Source: Deltaproteobacteria bacterium
Lineage (GTDB): Bacteria > Bdellovibrionota_B > Oligoflexia > Oligoflexales > Bog-1112
NCBI GenBank assembly: GCA_947466225.1
Contig: CANIBL010000005.1
Location: 2,666-66,665, forward strand
DNA: 64,000 bases
Reading direction: 5' to 3'
Shown: piece after piece, positions 26,801 to 34,745 of the stretch
Numbering within the stretch: position 1 is the first letter of the stretch
How the letters are laid out: each line of letters starts with the position of its first letter
The notes under the pieces: generated by a model
Databases searched by the model: none
Told to the model about the DNA's origin: nothing
What the model saw: the letters and a program-made list of their open reading frames with translations, nothing else
Position numbers and translations under genes: made by a program

Positions 26801-27202
26801 GGTGATGGCGTAGCTTGATTGGGTTGGCGTTTCCGTAGGAGTCGTAGTCGTATCTTCTCCAGCAAGTGCAAGGCCGCTTGAAATATTTAGGGATGATACT
26901 TGGCTCACAATGGAGTCCCTGGTTTCTTGAATCACAAGGTTTTTTTGCATATCTGTAAGGGAGGCTCCGATATCCTGTTGTATATCGGCGAGCATGCTAA
27001 GGCTGAGCGCCAGTGTTGAAACATGGAACGATGTACGCTTGTCTGTTGGAAGCAAGTCAGCAATGGCAGAAAGAGAGCCTGGAGATGAGGCTTGTGCGGG
27101 TTTTGCGCTTTGCAAAATTTTGGCATTTCCTGCTGCGATATAGTTACAACCAGATAGCAGCAAGCTGCCCAGAGTTAAAAGGGGGAATGTGGCATTTCTC
27201 AT
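23837..27202 (-). CDS. Giant surface lipoprotein (1121 aa) with helical AG[FLV]S repeats and two DUF1554-like modules
   Basis: MRNATFPLLTLGSLLLSGC lipobox. About 8 degenerate 27-40-aa repeats (..ETAGFSVDNVSSAINEF.., ..ASAGFSTSDTVQIALKQI.., ..AQAGFISSSDVSTLSNHI..). C-terminal modules LFVTSTTYNQNL..GAIAGDAICQNLA and YAFFTEDAFDGKM..TADTRCQVAA. Confidence 0.8.
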   Translation of the reverse strand: MRNATFPLLTLGSLLLSGCNYIAAGNAKILQSAKPAQASSPGSLSAIADLLPTDKRTSFHVSTLALSLSMLADIQQDIGASLTDMQKNLVIQETRDSIVSQVSSLNISSGLALAGEDTTTTPTETPTQSSYAITFVITGVMQSLGGDASPVSDISTRQTVIGIGVGSLMNSVGKTSDTDAEKTALSASIAKNALNGLISIAKIPETQAVETVGAISHAIITNTEKAGLSASLDLVVNQMTTSMVASLETAGFSVDNVSSAINEFATSTMQAFSKISLDPLVLQQKNMLQGMMNAAAIGLNSLSAVESDKGTYLSTMVGSTIAHLPDAGVSGATDKTTLIGNVITGAVQNMASAGFSTSDTVQIALKQISQQATSALAQAGFISSSDVSTLSNHIIASGISSLSGIQIEKSNTDITSFAGKMMEGALFSLGAMQTAGMLSTADLSTSVQSMINKALDRMSASYAGTQTELPNIAVSFVNASLSGLAAGGTSAQNIASMQGQFNTSVSTNLQTHGVSANDADVSSQVSSAFSQAQNLASLLSTKNFTACESAFPSSLSDTQFLSAMSTMASTSSKILCQTSTTACPGKRVLSTAQYTWQKSSLSTAVIPLCELIYAYHGSATTYAANTPFMPSDSASAGTSASTPSTSDTSTNTDTTMDLRGFIHQLFVTSTTYNQNLTYSGRSGAIAGDAICQNLASTNPSLSRVLVWKMLLPSAFASVETQLPLLGPVVNLRNPVPSESEFLSTTASAFFSGTLHAAPKYTEKGDILASGSTAFGFHAPSTDFASLAGISASCGDFHSVYNRASYYVANPFSTTSDWAGSTTTSACSFDNASPGIHYYCLSLPGPVIPTAFSATGPNSAGHVSGGFTTPSGTNLISKIVISRNLGVQPYACGTGSFVKQYLPAELPANTNLSFTDAPVNGLYRYSLCVYDTMSQVVYTAFSDPVLLLDPATPKTYAFFTEDAFDGKMSSPYGDVTSATADTRCQVAASRAKLENSAIDWKALISYSSGSTAASILSGISSIYSVQEEFLSDGGYSWLTSRGSEIIYTEWGRELVDDWIIWTGSTSSGDNAATPTCNGWIINLTGSHYGTSGTVHQFSGGWFSTGSPLCNTTAHVLCLSHVR

Positions 27203-27399
27203 ATCGACTTCTCCAGGTGGAGCCCCGGTTTGGGGAAGACTACGAAACGTTTCGGAACGTTTGGAGGAAAAATGAATCTTGGTGGAAATTGGTATCAGAA
27301 CAGTTTGTTACTTATTTTGCCAAAACGGGAAGGGAACAGTCCTTTTTTACAGGAAAATACCGATAAGAGGGAAGAGAATTTTTTTGGGGGGATGGTATC

Positions 27400-28641
27400 G
27401 TGAGAACCTATTTGGTTCTTCTCTGGATAGGCAGTTGGAGTGTGGCTTGCAAAACAAGCTCACATGCTGCGACTTCTGCTCCCGATCCAATATTTCCCAC
27501 GACTCACCAAGCCTATTCTGCTGCAGAAGTACAGCAATTGTTGGTTGTGCAGGATCTAAAAGTGACAACAATCGCATTGCAGAACAATCAATGGCCCCAG
27601 ATCTCCTTTAGGAGAAGTCCACAAGCGGAGTATATCCGATATGAAGCCTGTTTGGAGGCAGAGCCTACACAATGCATAAAAGGAGATTTGATTGCGGCGC
27701 TTGAACTTACCATTACAGGATTGAAACCTGGGGTGAATACGATAGCGGTCTATGCTTGTGTGCGGAAAGATCAAGTAGAGGCTATGGTGCCTGATTCTTG
27801 TGGGGACCCGGCTTTGGTTCGATTTTTGCAATCAGGGCAAGGGTTTCAAGAGTTGGATGATGCAATCACAGAACGGAGTGTTGTGGAACAAAAGATCCTT
27901 GTCTATGGTCAAACTTTATATAATTCCATCTTGCTGTTTAAGGCGAATCACGGTTCATGTGCAGATCCCAAAATTCAATCTTTTATTTCTGCCGATGTGA
28001 TGGACAAATACCTTGCATTGGGGCCCCATTTTATCGGAGTTGGGTTGGAGGACCCAACGGCACAAATTATTTCCGGAGATGGAAGTGACGGCCATGTAGT
28101 CTTTACCCTCCAGGCTGAAACAACAACATTGCAATCTGGATCTAGTGATGCAAGCTCTGAAAGTTCTTCCGATGGTGGGGGAAGCAGTGCTCTTGAGAAA
28201 GGATTCGGAGTTGCGACACTGACAACCATTGGGCTCTATGGGTTAAAACATGCACTCATGGGAAAATTGACAAAGAGCCCGAGTCCATTAGCTGAGAAAT
28301 CCCCGCTAGGGGTAAACGATCGGGTTAAGATCCTGCCGGAGGCAAAGCAACATGCCGTTGAAGCCATGAAAACAGGATCTAAAGTGGAAACAAAATCTTT
28401 GCTTGCAAAAAACCCGGGAGCTTTGATCGTAGTCGGACTTGTGGTCTTAAATGTTATTATTGATAAAGATCACGATCCATTTAATAGTTTGGGGCTGGCG
28501 GCAACCTCAGCTTCTTGTGTCGTTTGTGAGGATGCAGTTAAAACGATTGTAGATGTGAATGCTCAAACGAAGACGCTTCGTAGTGAGCTGCAACAGATAG
28601 ATCAGAAAATTCAAAGTTTGACAAATTCCACGCCGCCTTGA
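27400..28641 (+). CDS. Membrane-anchored lipoprotein, paralog family 1 (function unknown)
   Basis: GTG start after GGGGGGATGG. MRTYLVLLWIGSWSVAC lipobox. Collinear with 9706-11304 (GVNTIAVYACV vs GAYTFQVRACV; YLALGPHF vs ALALGPDAF; late TM; C-terminal LRSELQQIDQKIQSL vs LQSEIQQEVTNMDAL). Confidence 0.75.
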   Translation: MRTYLVLLWIGSWSVACKTSSHAATSAPDPIFPTTHQAYSAAEVQQLLVVQDLKVTTIALQNNQWPQISFRRSPQAEYIRYEACLEAEPTQCIKGDLIAALELTITGLKPGVNTIAVYACVRKDQVEAMVPDSCGDPALVRFLQSGQGFQELDDAITERSVVEQKILVYGQTLYNSILLFKANHGSCADPKIQSFISADVMDKYLALGPHFIGVGLEDPTAQIISGDGSDGHVVFTLQAETTTLQSGSSDASSESSSDGGGSSALEKGFGVATLTTIGLYGLKHALMGKLTKSPSPLAEKSPLGVNDRVKILPEAKQHAVEAMKTGSKVETKSLLAKNPGALIVVGLVVLNVIIDKDHDPFNSLGLAATSASCVVCEDAVKTIVDVNAQTKTLRSELQQIDQKIQSLTNSTPP

Positions 28642-28668
28642 TTTTTCATTGAATGAGATGCTCGTACC

Positions 28669-30513
28669 CTAATAAAACACCGGCTCCAGGGGGAAAAAAC
28701 GTCCCTGCTTCTCCAACCCAGCAGATGGCAGAAACCTAGGGCCCTCCTGGTCTGCCAAATGGACAAGGTTGTCTCGCAAGGATCGGATCCCCACAAAATC
28801 TGCGTATTTTAGCAGTCCCCCCCAAATTTCGGGAAATCCCAATCCTTCGACAAGCAAAATTTCGATGCTCTCGAGAGAAGCGTATGGATACTGCTCCAGG
28901 TGCGCGCACGTGGCATGCAATAGCACCAATAAAAAGCGGTTGACGATATCGGCCCCTTCCCACTCGAGAGTAGAGGTAGCGGTAGGTGTTGAGGTTTCAC
29001 CTCGTTGTGCCATCCATCGAAAGGGCCCAACGCGGAAGCCAAACTCTTCCAAGGCTTTGTCGATGGCGGCAGTCGAAAGGCCTTTTTCTGCCAACTGAAG
29101 CGCTTCAGAAAAAAAGAGGGTTTCCATATGAGGCAAGAAAAAAGGTCCCTCTGGATAGAGGGTGAGAGGGGTTTTTCCGATGCGATGGAGTCGGGCTTCG
29201 ATCAAAGTACTATCTCCGCCTTTTGGGCAGCAAACCTCAACAAAGTCACTGGGGGATGGCAAAAAGTAGGCCAGAACTGTTGTCGCCCCCGTATGCAGTT
29301 TGGCTGGGCTTTGGGTCAAATCGACTACCCACTCACAATGGGAAAGTCCCGTCTGTGAACGGCACGGAGACAGTCGTGCCATATACTGGGGTACCTTATG
29401 TAGCGCAAGTTCCCTTTTGTCTACTTTTCGCAAGAGAGCTTCGTAGACCTGTCGCAAGAGGCCCCCCATTGCTTCCACATTTTCTTCATACAGCAGGACA
29501 CGATGCCCGTGAGTCACGGCACACAAGGCAAGGTCTCCATTTTGTCGGGAGGCGCCGAGGAGTCCGATGGTAGGACAGCTGGCGGGGGATATGACTGCAG
29601 ATGCTTGTACCCGCCTTCGAATCCGATGCAGGTGGCTGAGGCTTTGAGCCTCTCGCGTGGAGATGGAGGCGGCGAAAAGCTCGGCTTCTTTTTGTAGGGC
29701 TTTGGCCCCCGTAGTTTCGAAGCTGTAGGCCACAGCGTCGAGGCAATGATAGGCGGCCGGTTGACGACCTTGGGTTTTTTCTTCGATGGTTTCTCTCGTC
29801 TTTTTAAAGATCATCTTGCGTCCAATGGGGTTTCCCTCCATAGCCCATTTTGGCAAGCTGCGAGAAAACGCCGAGGTACGTGCAATGGCGGCGGATAGGC
29901 GTTTGTGTTTGCTCACCCGTTGCAGCAACACTCGGCATTGTGATTCCATCAGAGGTGCCGGGACACAGGCGTGGAGAAGGCCGGTTTGATACGCTTTTAT
30001 ACCGGAAATCATTCGCCCGGTGAGAAGCAAATCCAAAGCAGTTTGCAGTCCCACGAGGCGGGGTAAGCGATGGAGGGTGCCCGCTTTGGGGAGAGAACCA
30101 ACCTGGATATCAAGAAATCCGAGTTGGGTGGCCGGGGTTCCGATGCGCCAATCGCAGGCCAATGCCAACTCCAGTGGCATACCGATGCATCGCCCGGGTA
30201 GTAGGCAGACCACCGTGTACGGCAGAGCATGTAGCTGCTCTGCTAGGGCTTGCCAGGTATGGGAATAGGCTTGTGCCGCTTGACGAGAAGGAAAGTGGAG
30301 CACTTCTGCTGCGCTGGTATCTGAGCCGAAGTACAAGGAATCTGTGCTGCGGATCAGGAGACCCACCAGTTTTTTCTGCGCCAATTCTGAAAGAGCCCTA
30401 CGCAACGCAGTTTGGAGCTCCAGTTGCAGCGGGTCAAATGGCTGAGGGAAAAATAGGGTCGCGGTTTGGTCATCTCCGATTTCATAATATAGATCCATTT
30501 TCGTCATGGCCAC
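28669..30513 (-). CDS. Divergent FadJ/FadB-like enoyl-CoA hydratase / 3-hydroxyacyl-CoA dehydrogenase fusion
   Basis: Crotonase-like N-terminal part (LELALACDWRIG, GTLHRLPRLVGLQTALDLLLTG) and a C-terminal HAD-like part. It sits directly downstream of a thiolase gene on the same strand. Confidence 0.7.
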   Translation of the reverse strand: MAMTKMDLYYEIGDDQTATLFFPQPFDPLQLELQTALRRALSELAQKKLVGLLIRSTDSLYFGSDTSAAEVLHFPSRQAAQAYSHTWQALAEQLHALPYTVVCLLPGRCIGMPLELALACDWRIGTPATQLGFLDIQVGSLPKAGTLHRLPRLVGLQTALDLLLTGRMISGIKAYQTGLLHACVPAPLMESQCRVLLQRVSKHKRLSAAIARTSAFSRSLPKWAMEGNPIGRKMIFKKTRETIEEKTQGRQPAAYHCLDAVAYSFETTGAKALQKEAELFAASISTREAQSLSHLHRIRRRVQASAVISPASCPTIGLLGASRQNGDLALCAVTHGHRVLLYEENVEAMGGLLRQVYEALLRKVDKRELALHKVPQYMARLSPCRSQTGLSHCEWVVDLTQSPAKLHTGATTVLAYFLPSPSDFVEVCCPKGGDSTLIEARLHRIGKTPLTLYPEGPFFLPHMETLFFSEALQLAEKGLSTAAIDKALEEFGFRVGPFRWMAQRGETSTPTATSTLEWEGADIVNRFLLVLLHATCAHLEQYPYASLESIEILLVEGLGFPEIWGGLLKYADFVGIRSLRDNLVHLADQEGPRFLPSAGLEKQGRFFPLEPVFY

Positions 30514-30533
30514 GCCGCCTTGGCCGTATGAGA

Positions 30534-30589
30534 ATCTCCCACTATCGAGGGAGATCCCCGACGCTCTCTTCGTTCGGTGGGGCTGACGG
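30534..30589 (+). repeat. REP-like palindromic element, copy D
   Basis: ATCTCCCactatcgaGGGAGAT followed by CCCCGACG..CGGTGGGG and CTGACGG. It lies between the two minus-strand fad genes, antisense to them. Confidence 0.65.
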
Positions 30590-30637
30590 ATAGAAGAGAT
30601 TGTTTTAAGTTGATTGTGTCTAAATATGTCATGGTTT

Positions 30638-31960
30638 TCATGTGAAAGAGGGATTTTGAATCAAGAGTGCCCCACTCATGGCGCCGCTCCCGCAGAGGGT
30701 CACAATGCCCCATTGTCCTCCTCTCCGACGTAACTCATCTGCGATATCCATGATCATACGCAAGCCGGAGGCGCCGTAGGGGTGCCCCAACGTGAGTGCC
30801 CCACCGCGGATGTTCAATTTGTTGAAGGGAATTTCTCCCAGGGCATTCGAAAGCCCCAGCTGGGTGCGGCAGTATTCGGGGGAGGCCAAGGCTTGTTGGG
30901 TCGCCAAAATTTGCACCGCACTGCCTTCATGCATCTCAAACAGATCAATCTGGGACAGGGTAAGTCCATTTCGCTGAAGCAACTGGGCAATGGCAGCAGC
31001 AGAACCAAGTAGAAACGGAGACTCAGGAGAAAAAGCGCAATATACATGGTCCACAAGCCTGGCCTGTGCGTCTAGCCCGCTTGTACGAGCTGTTTCTGCA
31101 TCCGCGAGCAAACAGACGGCTGCGCCATCACAGGGATGGGTGGCATTGCCATGGGTGAGAGTGCCGAACTCTGGGTCCACCACCGGCTCCATGGTGCGCA
31201 AAGCCTCTTGCGTGAGGGGATGCTGCAAGCGATGATCTTGTTGCACACAGTCCGTGTAGTGGGGGCTGGGCCAGATGGAGATGCGTCTTTCTTTCCAGAG
31301 TCCTTGTTTCTCTGCCTCCAATGCGCGGCTGTGAGACAGCCAGGCGTAAGTATCTTGCTCGTTGCGGGTGATGCCGGTCTCTAACGCCAATTGTTCCGCA
31401 TGTGCGGTCAAGGTGATGCCGGTATAGGGCTCCTCCCGTAGAGGGGCCTTGGGGAGCCAGGCCTTGGCATTAAAGTTGGTGATCATATTCAGCTTGGCAG
31501 CAGCTGATTTGGCTTTTGATAACTTGAGCAGAAATTTTCTGGCTTCTCGAGAGTATACGATGGGCACATCGCTCCAGCATTCTGCAGCGCTGGCTAAGAA
31601 GAACCCTTGTTGCCCCGTTCGAATCTGTTGAATGGCGTCCGTGACGACTTGCAATCCAGATAAACATCCGGTGTTTACCGTATACCCCGGGATTTGTGGC
31701 AGACCTAAAAGAAGCAAAGCCTCGCGAGCAACATTGGGATGTTGGGTTTGGGCAATGCTTACGCCAGCAGCCAAATTACGGAGCTGCGAAGTGGGGATAT
31801 GGGTTTCGGTACGCAAAAAGTCTACGGTTCGGCTCAATAGTTCGAGGGTGCTGCAGTCTTCGAATGCCCCGAAAGATTTAGCAAAAGCGCTGCGAACGCC
31901 TGCTAAAAGCAGGGTGACAGGTGGCGTTGGAGTGGGAGTAGATTGGTACATAGACATCAT
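30638..31960 (-). CDS. Acetyl-CoA C-acyltransferase (thiolase, FadA/FadI-like)
   Basis: VNTGCLSGLQVV (active-site Cys), GHPYGASGLRM, TLCGSGAMSG. Confidence 0.85.
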   Translation of the reverse strand: MMSMYQSTPTPTPPVTLLLAGVRSAFAKSFGAFEDCSTLELLSRTVDFLRTETHIPTSQLRNLAAGVSIAQTQHPNVAREALLLLGLPQIPGYTVNTGCLSGLQVVTDAIQQIRTGQQGFFLASAAECWSDVPIVYSREARKFLLKLSKAKSAAAKLNMITNFNAKAWLPKAPLREEPYTGITLTAHAEQLALETGITRNEQDTYAWLSHSRALEAEKQGLWKERRISIWPSPHYTDCVQQDHRLQHPLTQEALRTMEPVVDPEFGTLTHGNATHPCDGAAVCLLADAETARTSGLDAQARLVDHVYCAFSPESPFLLGSAAAIAQLLQRNGLTLSQIDLFEMHEGSAVQILATQQALASPEYCRTQLGLSNALGEIPFNKLNIRGGALTLGHPYGASGLRMIMDIADELRRRGGQWGIVTLCGSGAMSGALLIQNPSFT

Positions 31961-32025
31961 GGAAATTGTGAGAATGCTGATACCTTAACCCTAAAGGTAA
32001 TCAGATAAAAGTACAATCCAAATTT

Positions 32026-32054
32026 TTGGCTGCAGTTGCGAGGGGTGGTATAAT
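32026..32054 (+). promoter_or_regulatory. Sigma70-type promoter candidate
   Basis: TTGGCT (32026-32031), a 17-nt spacer, then TATAAT (32049-32054) with an extended -10 TG (TGgTATAAT). It is about 50 nt upstream of ATG 32105. Confidence 0.45.
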
Positions 32055-32104
32055 GAAGAAAATCGCAATCTGTTGTAACCAAAATTATGCAAGAGGAGAG
32101 GGAT

Positions 32105-33094
32105 ATGCGCAAATCGTGGGTATGGGGTCTGTTGCTGGGTGCAGCGGTGGGGATCGGAGGGACTGGCTGTAAGTCTTCCAAAATGAGCGGAAGTGGCGGA
32201 GGAGCGCCAGCACCGGCACCAGCGCCAGCGCCAAAAAAACCGGATGGCACACCTGCACCCGCACCTGCACCTGCACCTGCTATTACAACTCGTCCAGCGG
32301 ATTGGTGTCGTCTGCGCTTTTTTGCAGGATTGGTACGAAAAGGGGAAACATGCGACGCTTTTGCTGTTCGCATAAAAAATGTAGGGTTATTGTTGGCGAT
32401 TGGTATTACCACCTATACGACAGATGATTACCAACAGTTGCAAGAATTTCCCGCTGATCCTGTGAGTCCAGTTCGCGTGATTGTATATGGGAGTACCTTA
32501 CCTCCAGATGGATATACTCCCCCTCCTGGTATGACGCTGGAAACGACCGTGCCAACCAATTTGGAAAGTGTCTACAAGCTGTTCCTGAATTTGCTTACAC
32601 CGCCTACTAGCGAGGTACATGTGAGTATAAAAGGGAATACCGACGATGCGCTCACCAAAAACTTTGAGTTTGCAGCACCAAAAGCTGCGGATGGAGATGG
32701 GTTGATCGTGAATGGAGATGAAGTTGTCGTTACAATACGGACATATGATCTTCTAACGGCGCAAACAGGGGGTGTTACCGGTGGGATACTGGGAGGAGAT
32801 TCTGGGTTTTGGATTTGTAAGATGAGCCCTGATGGATCCACGCAAAAAGGGGTCGTTACAGTAAAACCCGGTGGTTTCAAAGCGCTTGTCCAGACAGCTG
32901 GTGCACTGCAGGCTCTTGCCGGACAAGAGAGTGGCGGATTTGTTTCAGTGAATGCAAAGTTGGATAAGTTGGATCAAGCACAAAATACCTTGCGTGGGAC
33001 ACCAGAGTCTATCATCGATGCAAAAATTGCAGGGCCGATGTGTGCGCTGGTTTCTTCTGTGTATAATACAACTCGCTTGAAATCTGGCCTCTAG
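32105..33094 (+). CDS. Lipoprotein with a Pro-Ala repeat linker, function unknown
   Basis: Start chosen at ATG 32105 (GGAGAGGG upstream): MRKSWVWGLLLGAAVGIGGTGC, followed by APAPAPAPAPKKPDGTPAPAPAPAPA. Confidence 0.7.
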   Translation: MRKSWVWGLLLGAAVGIGGTGCKSSKMSGSGGGAPAPAPAPAPKKPDGTPAPAPAPAPAITTRPADWCRLRFFAGLVRKGETCDAFAVRIKNVGLLLAIGITTYTTDDYQQLQEFPADPVSPVRVIVYGSTLPPDGYTPPPGMTLETTVPTNLESVYKLFLNLLTPPTSEVHVSIKGNTDDALTKNFEFAAPKAADGDGLIVNGDEVVVTIRTYDLLTAQTGGVTGGILGGDSGFWICKMSPDGSTQKGVVTVKPGGFKALVQTAGALQALAGQESGGFVSVNAKLDKLDQAQNTLRGTPESIIDAKIAGPMCALVSSVYNTTRLKSGL

Positions 33095-33095
33095 T

Positions 33096-34745
33096 CTACT
33101 TCTTTTCCACGCCCAACTTACTTCTCCGTTTGCGATGATGGCCCAAGGCAAACCGATGGGCCTCATCGCGTAAGTGCGTGCAGACTTGGTACATGCTGCT
33201 GCCCTTTTCCAGCGGGAGTGGTAAAGCATCTGGTGCAAGACAGATGCGCTCTTCTGTATACGAAAGGGTTTCGCTTGTTCCCTCTTGTTTCTGCAGCCGA
33301 CTTTTTGCCAAGCTGACGATGGGAATTTCGTTGCACCCCACATCAGCTCGCGCTTGCCAGGCTGCAGCAAGCTGTCCTTTTCCTCCATCTATGACCAAGA
33401 GGTCGGGTTTTCCTTCCGTTGGAATTGCCTGCAAGCGTCGCGTCACAATTTCATAGATACTGGCAAAGTCATCTTGGGTGCGCACTGTCTTGAGGTTATA
33501 GAGTCGGTATAACGATTTTTCTGGTTTTCCCTCTATAAAGCACACACAAGACGCTACGATTGCGGTATCTCGTAAATTAGAAATGTCGATGCATTCCATC
33601 CGACGAGGGAGAGTGGGTAGAGAAAAAGCCTGTTGAATTTGGGCTAAGACTTCTTCTGTCCTTTCGTTTTCGGCTGCCAGTTGGAGGCTGGCATGCTGGG
33701 CGTTTCGTTCACAGAGAGCCAGGATTTTTTTCTTTTCTCCTCGTTGGGGCACGGTAAGACGCAGGGTTGTGTTCCATAGCGTGAGGCAATGGGCTTGATC
33801 CGGTAGTGGCAGTGGTAATACTAACTCTACGGGAAGGGGATGATGTTCATAGTATTGGAGGAGAAACGCTTGCAACTCTTCAGCAGGCGTTCCAGTCGCA
33901 TGTTTCCATAGGAAGGAGAAGTGAGCTTGGATTTGGTGATTGCGAATACAGAGCAAGGAAAAGGCCAGTTGCCCTTCTGTTTCGTAAAAATTCACAGTAT
34001 CACAAGCAGCGACTGTGAAGTGGGTTACCGATTGCTGAGATTTGAGACTATCTAATGCAAGAAGTTGATCTCGGTAGAGAGCCGCTTGTTCATAGTCTTC
34101 TTTTCCAGAGGCTTCCAACATCTTCGCTTTGAGGGCGAGTTGAATCTGTTGGTTTTTGCCTTGAAGAAATTCCATGGCATGATGCACCATCTCCATATAC
34201 AAGGTGCGGTCTACCGGGAGGTGACACGGCGCTAGGCATTTCTTAATGGCATAGTAGTTACAAGGTCGTGTGACATTGGCAAATTCTCGTTCTGTACATC
34301 GAACCAGAGGAAAAACTTTGTACATAAGCTGTAAGGTTTTGCGCAGCTGAAAGCCGCTGGCGTAGGGGCCGAGGTAAACTGCACCGTCCTTTTTTACGCG
34401 GCGTACCAAGCGAAAGCGGGGCCATGGGTCATGCAAATTGATGCGTACAAGAGGGTATTCTTTGTCGTCACGCAAGAGAATGTTATAGAGGGGCTTATGC
34501 TGCTTGATGAACTCCCGCTCCAAGAGCAAGGCATCGATTTCCAATGGCACCAGTACCACTTCTACATCTGCGATTTGACGCACCAGGGTTTGAGTTTTTG
34601 GCGTTTGCCCTTTCTCCACAAAATAGGATGAGACTCGCGCTCGCAAGTTTCGTGCTTTGCCCACATAGAGAATCGTGCCAGATTCGTTTTTGAAAAGGTA
34701 TACGCCAGCAGATGTAGGCAGGGTATGAAGCGGAATGGGACTCAT
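33096..34745 (-). CDS. uvrC: Excinuclease ABC subunit C (short form)
   Basis: GIY-YIG GVYLFKNESGTILYVGKARNLRARVSSYF and a UvrBC-interaction region. The endonuclease region ends ..RDEAHRFALGHHRKRR; ATGA-type overlap with uvrB. Confidence 0.9.
   Translation of the reverse strand: MSPIPLHTLPTSAGVYLFKNESGTILYVGKARNLRARVSSYFVEKGQTPKTQTLVRQIADVEVVLVPLEIDALLLEREFIKQHKPLYNILLRDDKEYPLVRINLHDPWPRFRLVRRVKKDGAVYLGPYASGFQLRKTLQLMYKVFPLVRCTEREFANVTRPCNYYAIKKCLAPCHLPVDRTLYMEMVHHAMEFLQGKNQQIQLALKAKMLEASGKEDYEQAALYRDQLLALDSLKSQQSVTHFTVAACDTVNFYETEGQLAFSLLCIRNHQIQAHFSFLWKHATGTPAEELQAFLLQYYEHHPLPVELVLPLPLPDQAHCLTLWNTTLRLTVPQRGEKKKILALCERNAQHASLQLAAENERTEEVLAQIQQAFSLPTLPRRMECIDISNLRDTAIVASCVCFIEGKPEKSLYRLYNLKTVRTQDDFASIYEIVTRRLQAIPTEGKPDLLVIDGGKGQLAAAWQARADVGCNEIPIVSLAKSRLQKQEGTSETLSYTEERICLAPDALPLPLEKGSSMYQVCTHLRDEAHRFALGHHRKRRSKLGVEKK

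Noticed and set aside
31957-32412. Minus-strand ORF of 151 aa containing GAGAGAGAG
   Set aside because: It is the reverse complement of the Pro-Ala repeat and the promoter region of the plus-strand lipoprotein gene. It has no RBS and would overlap the thiolase start region.
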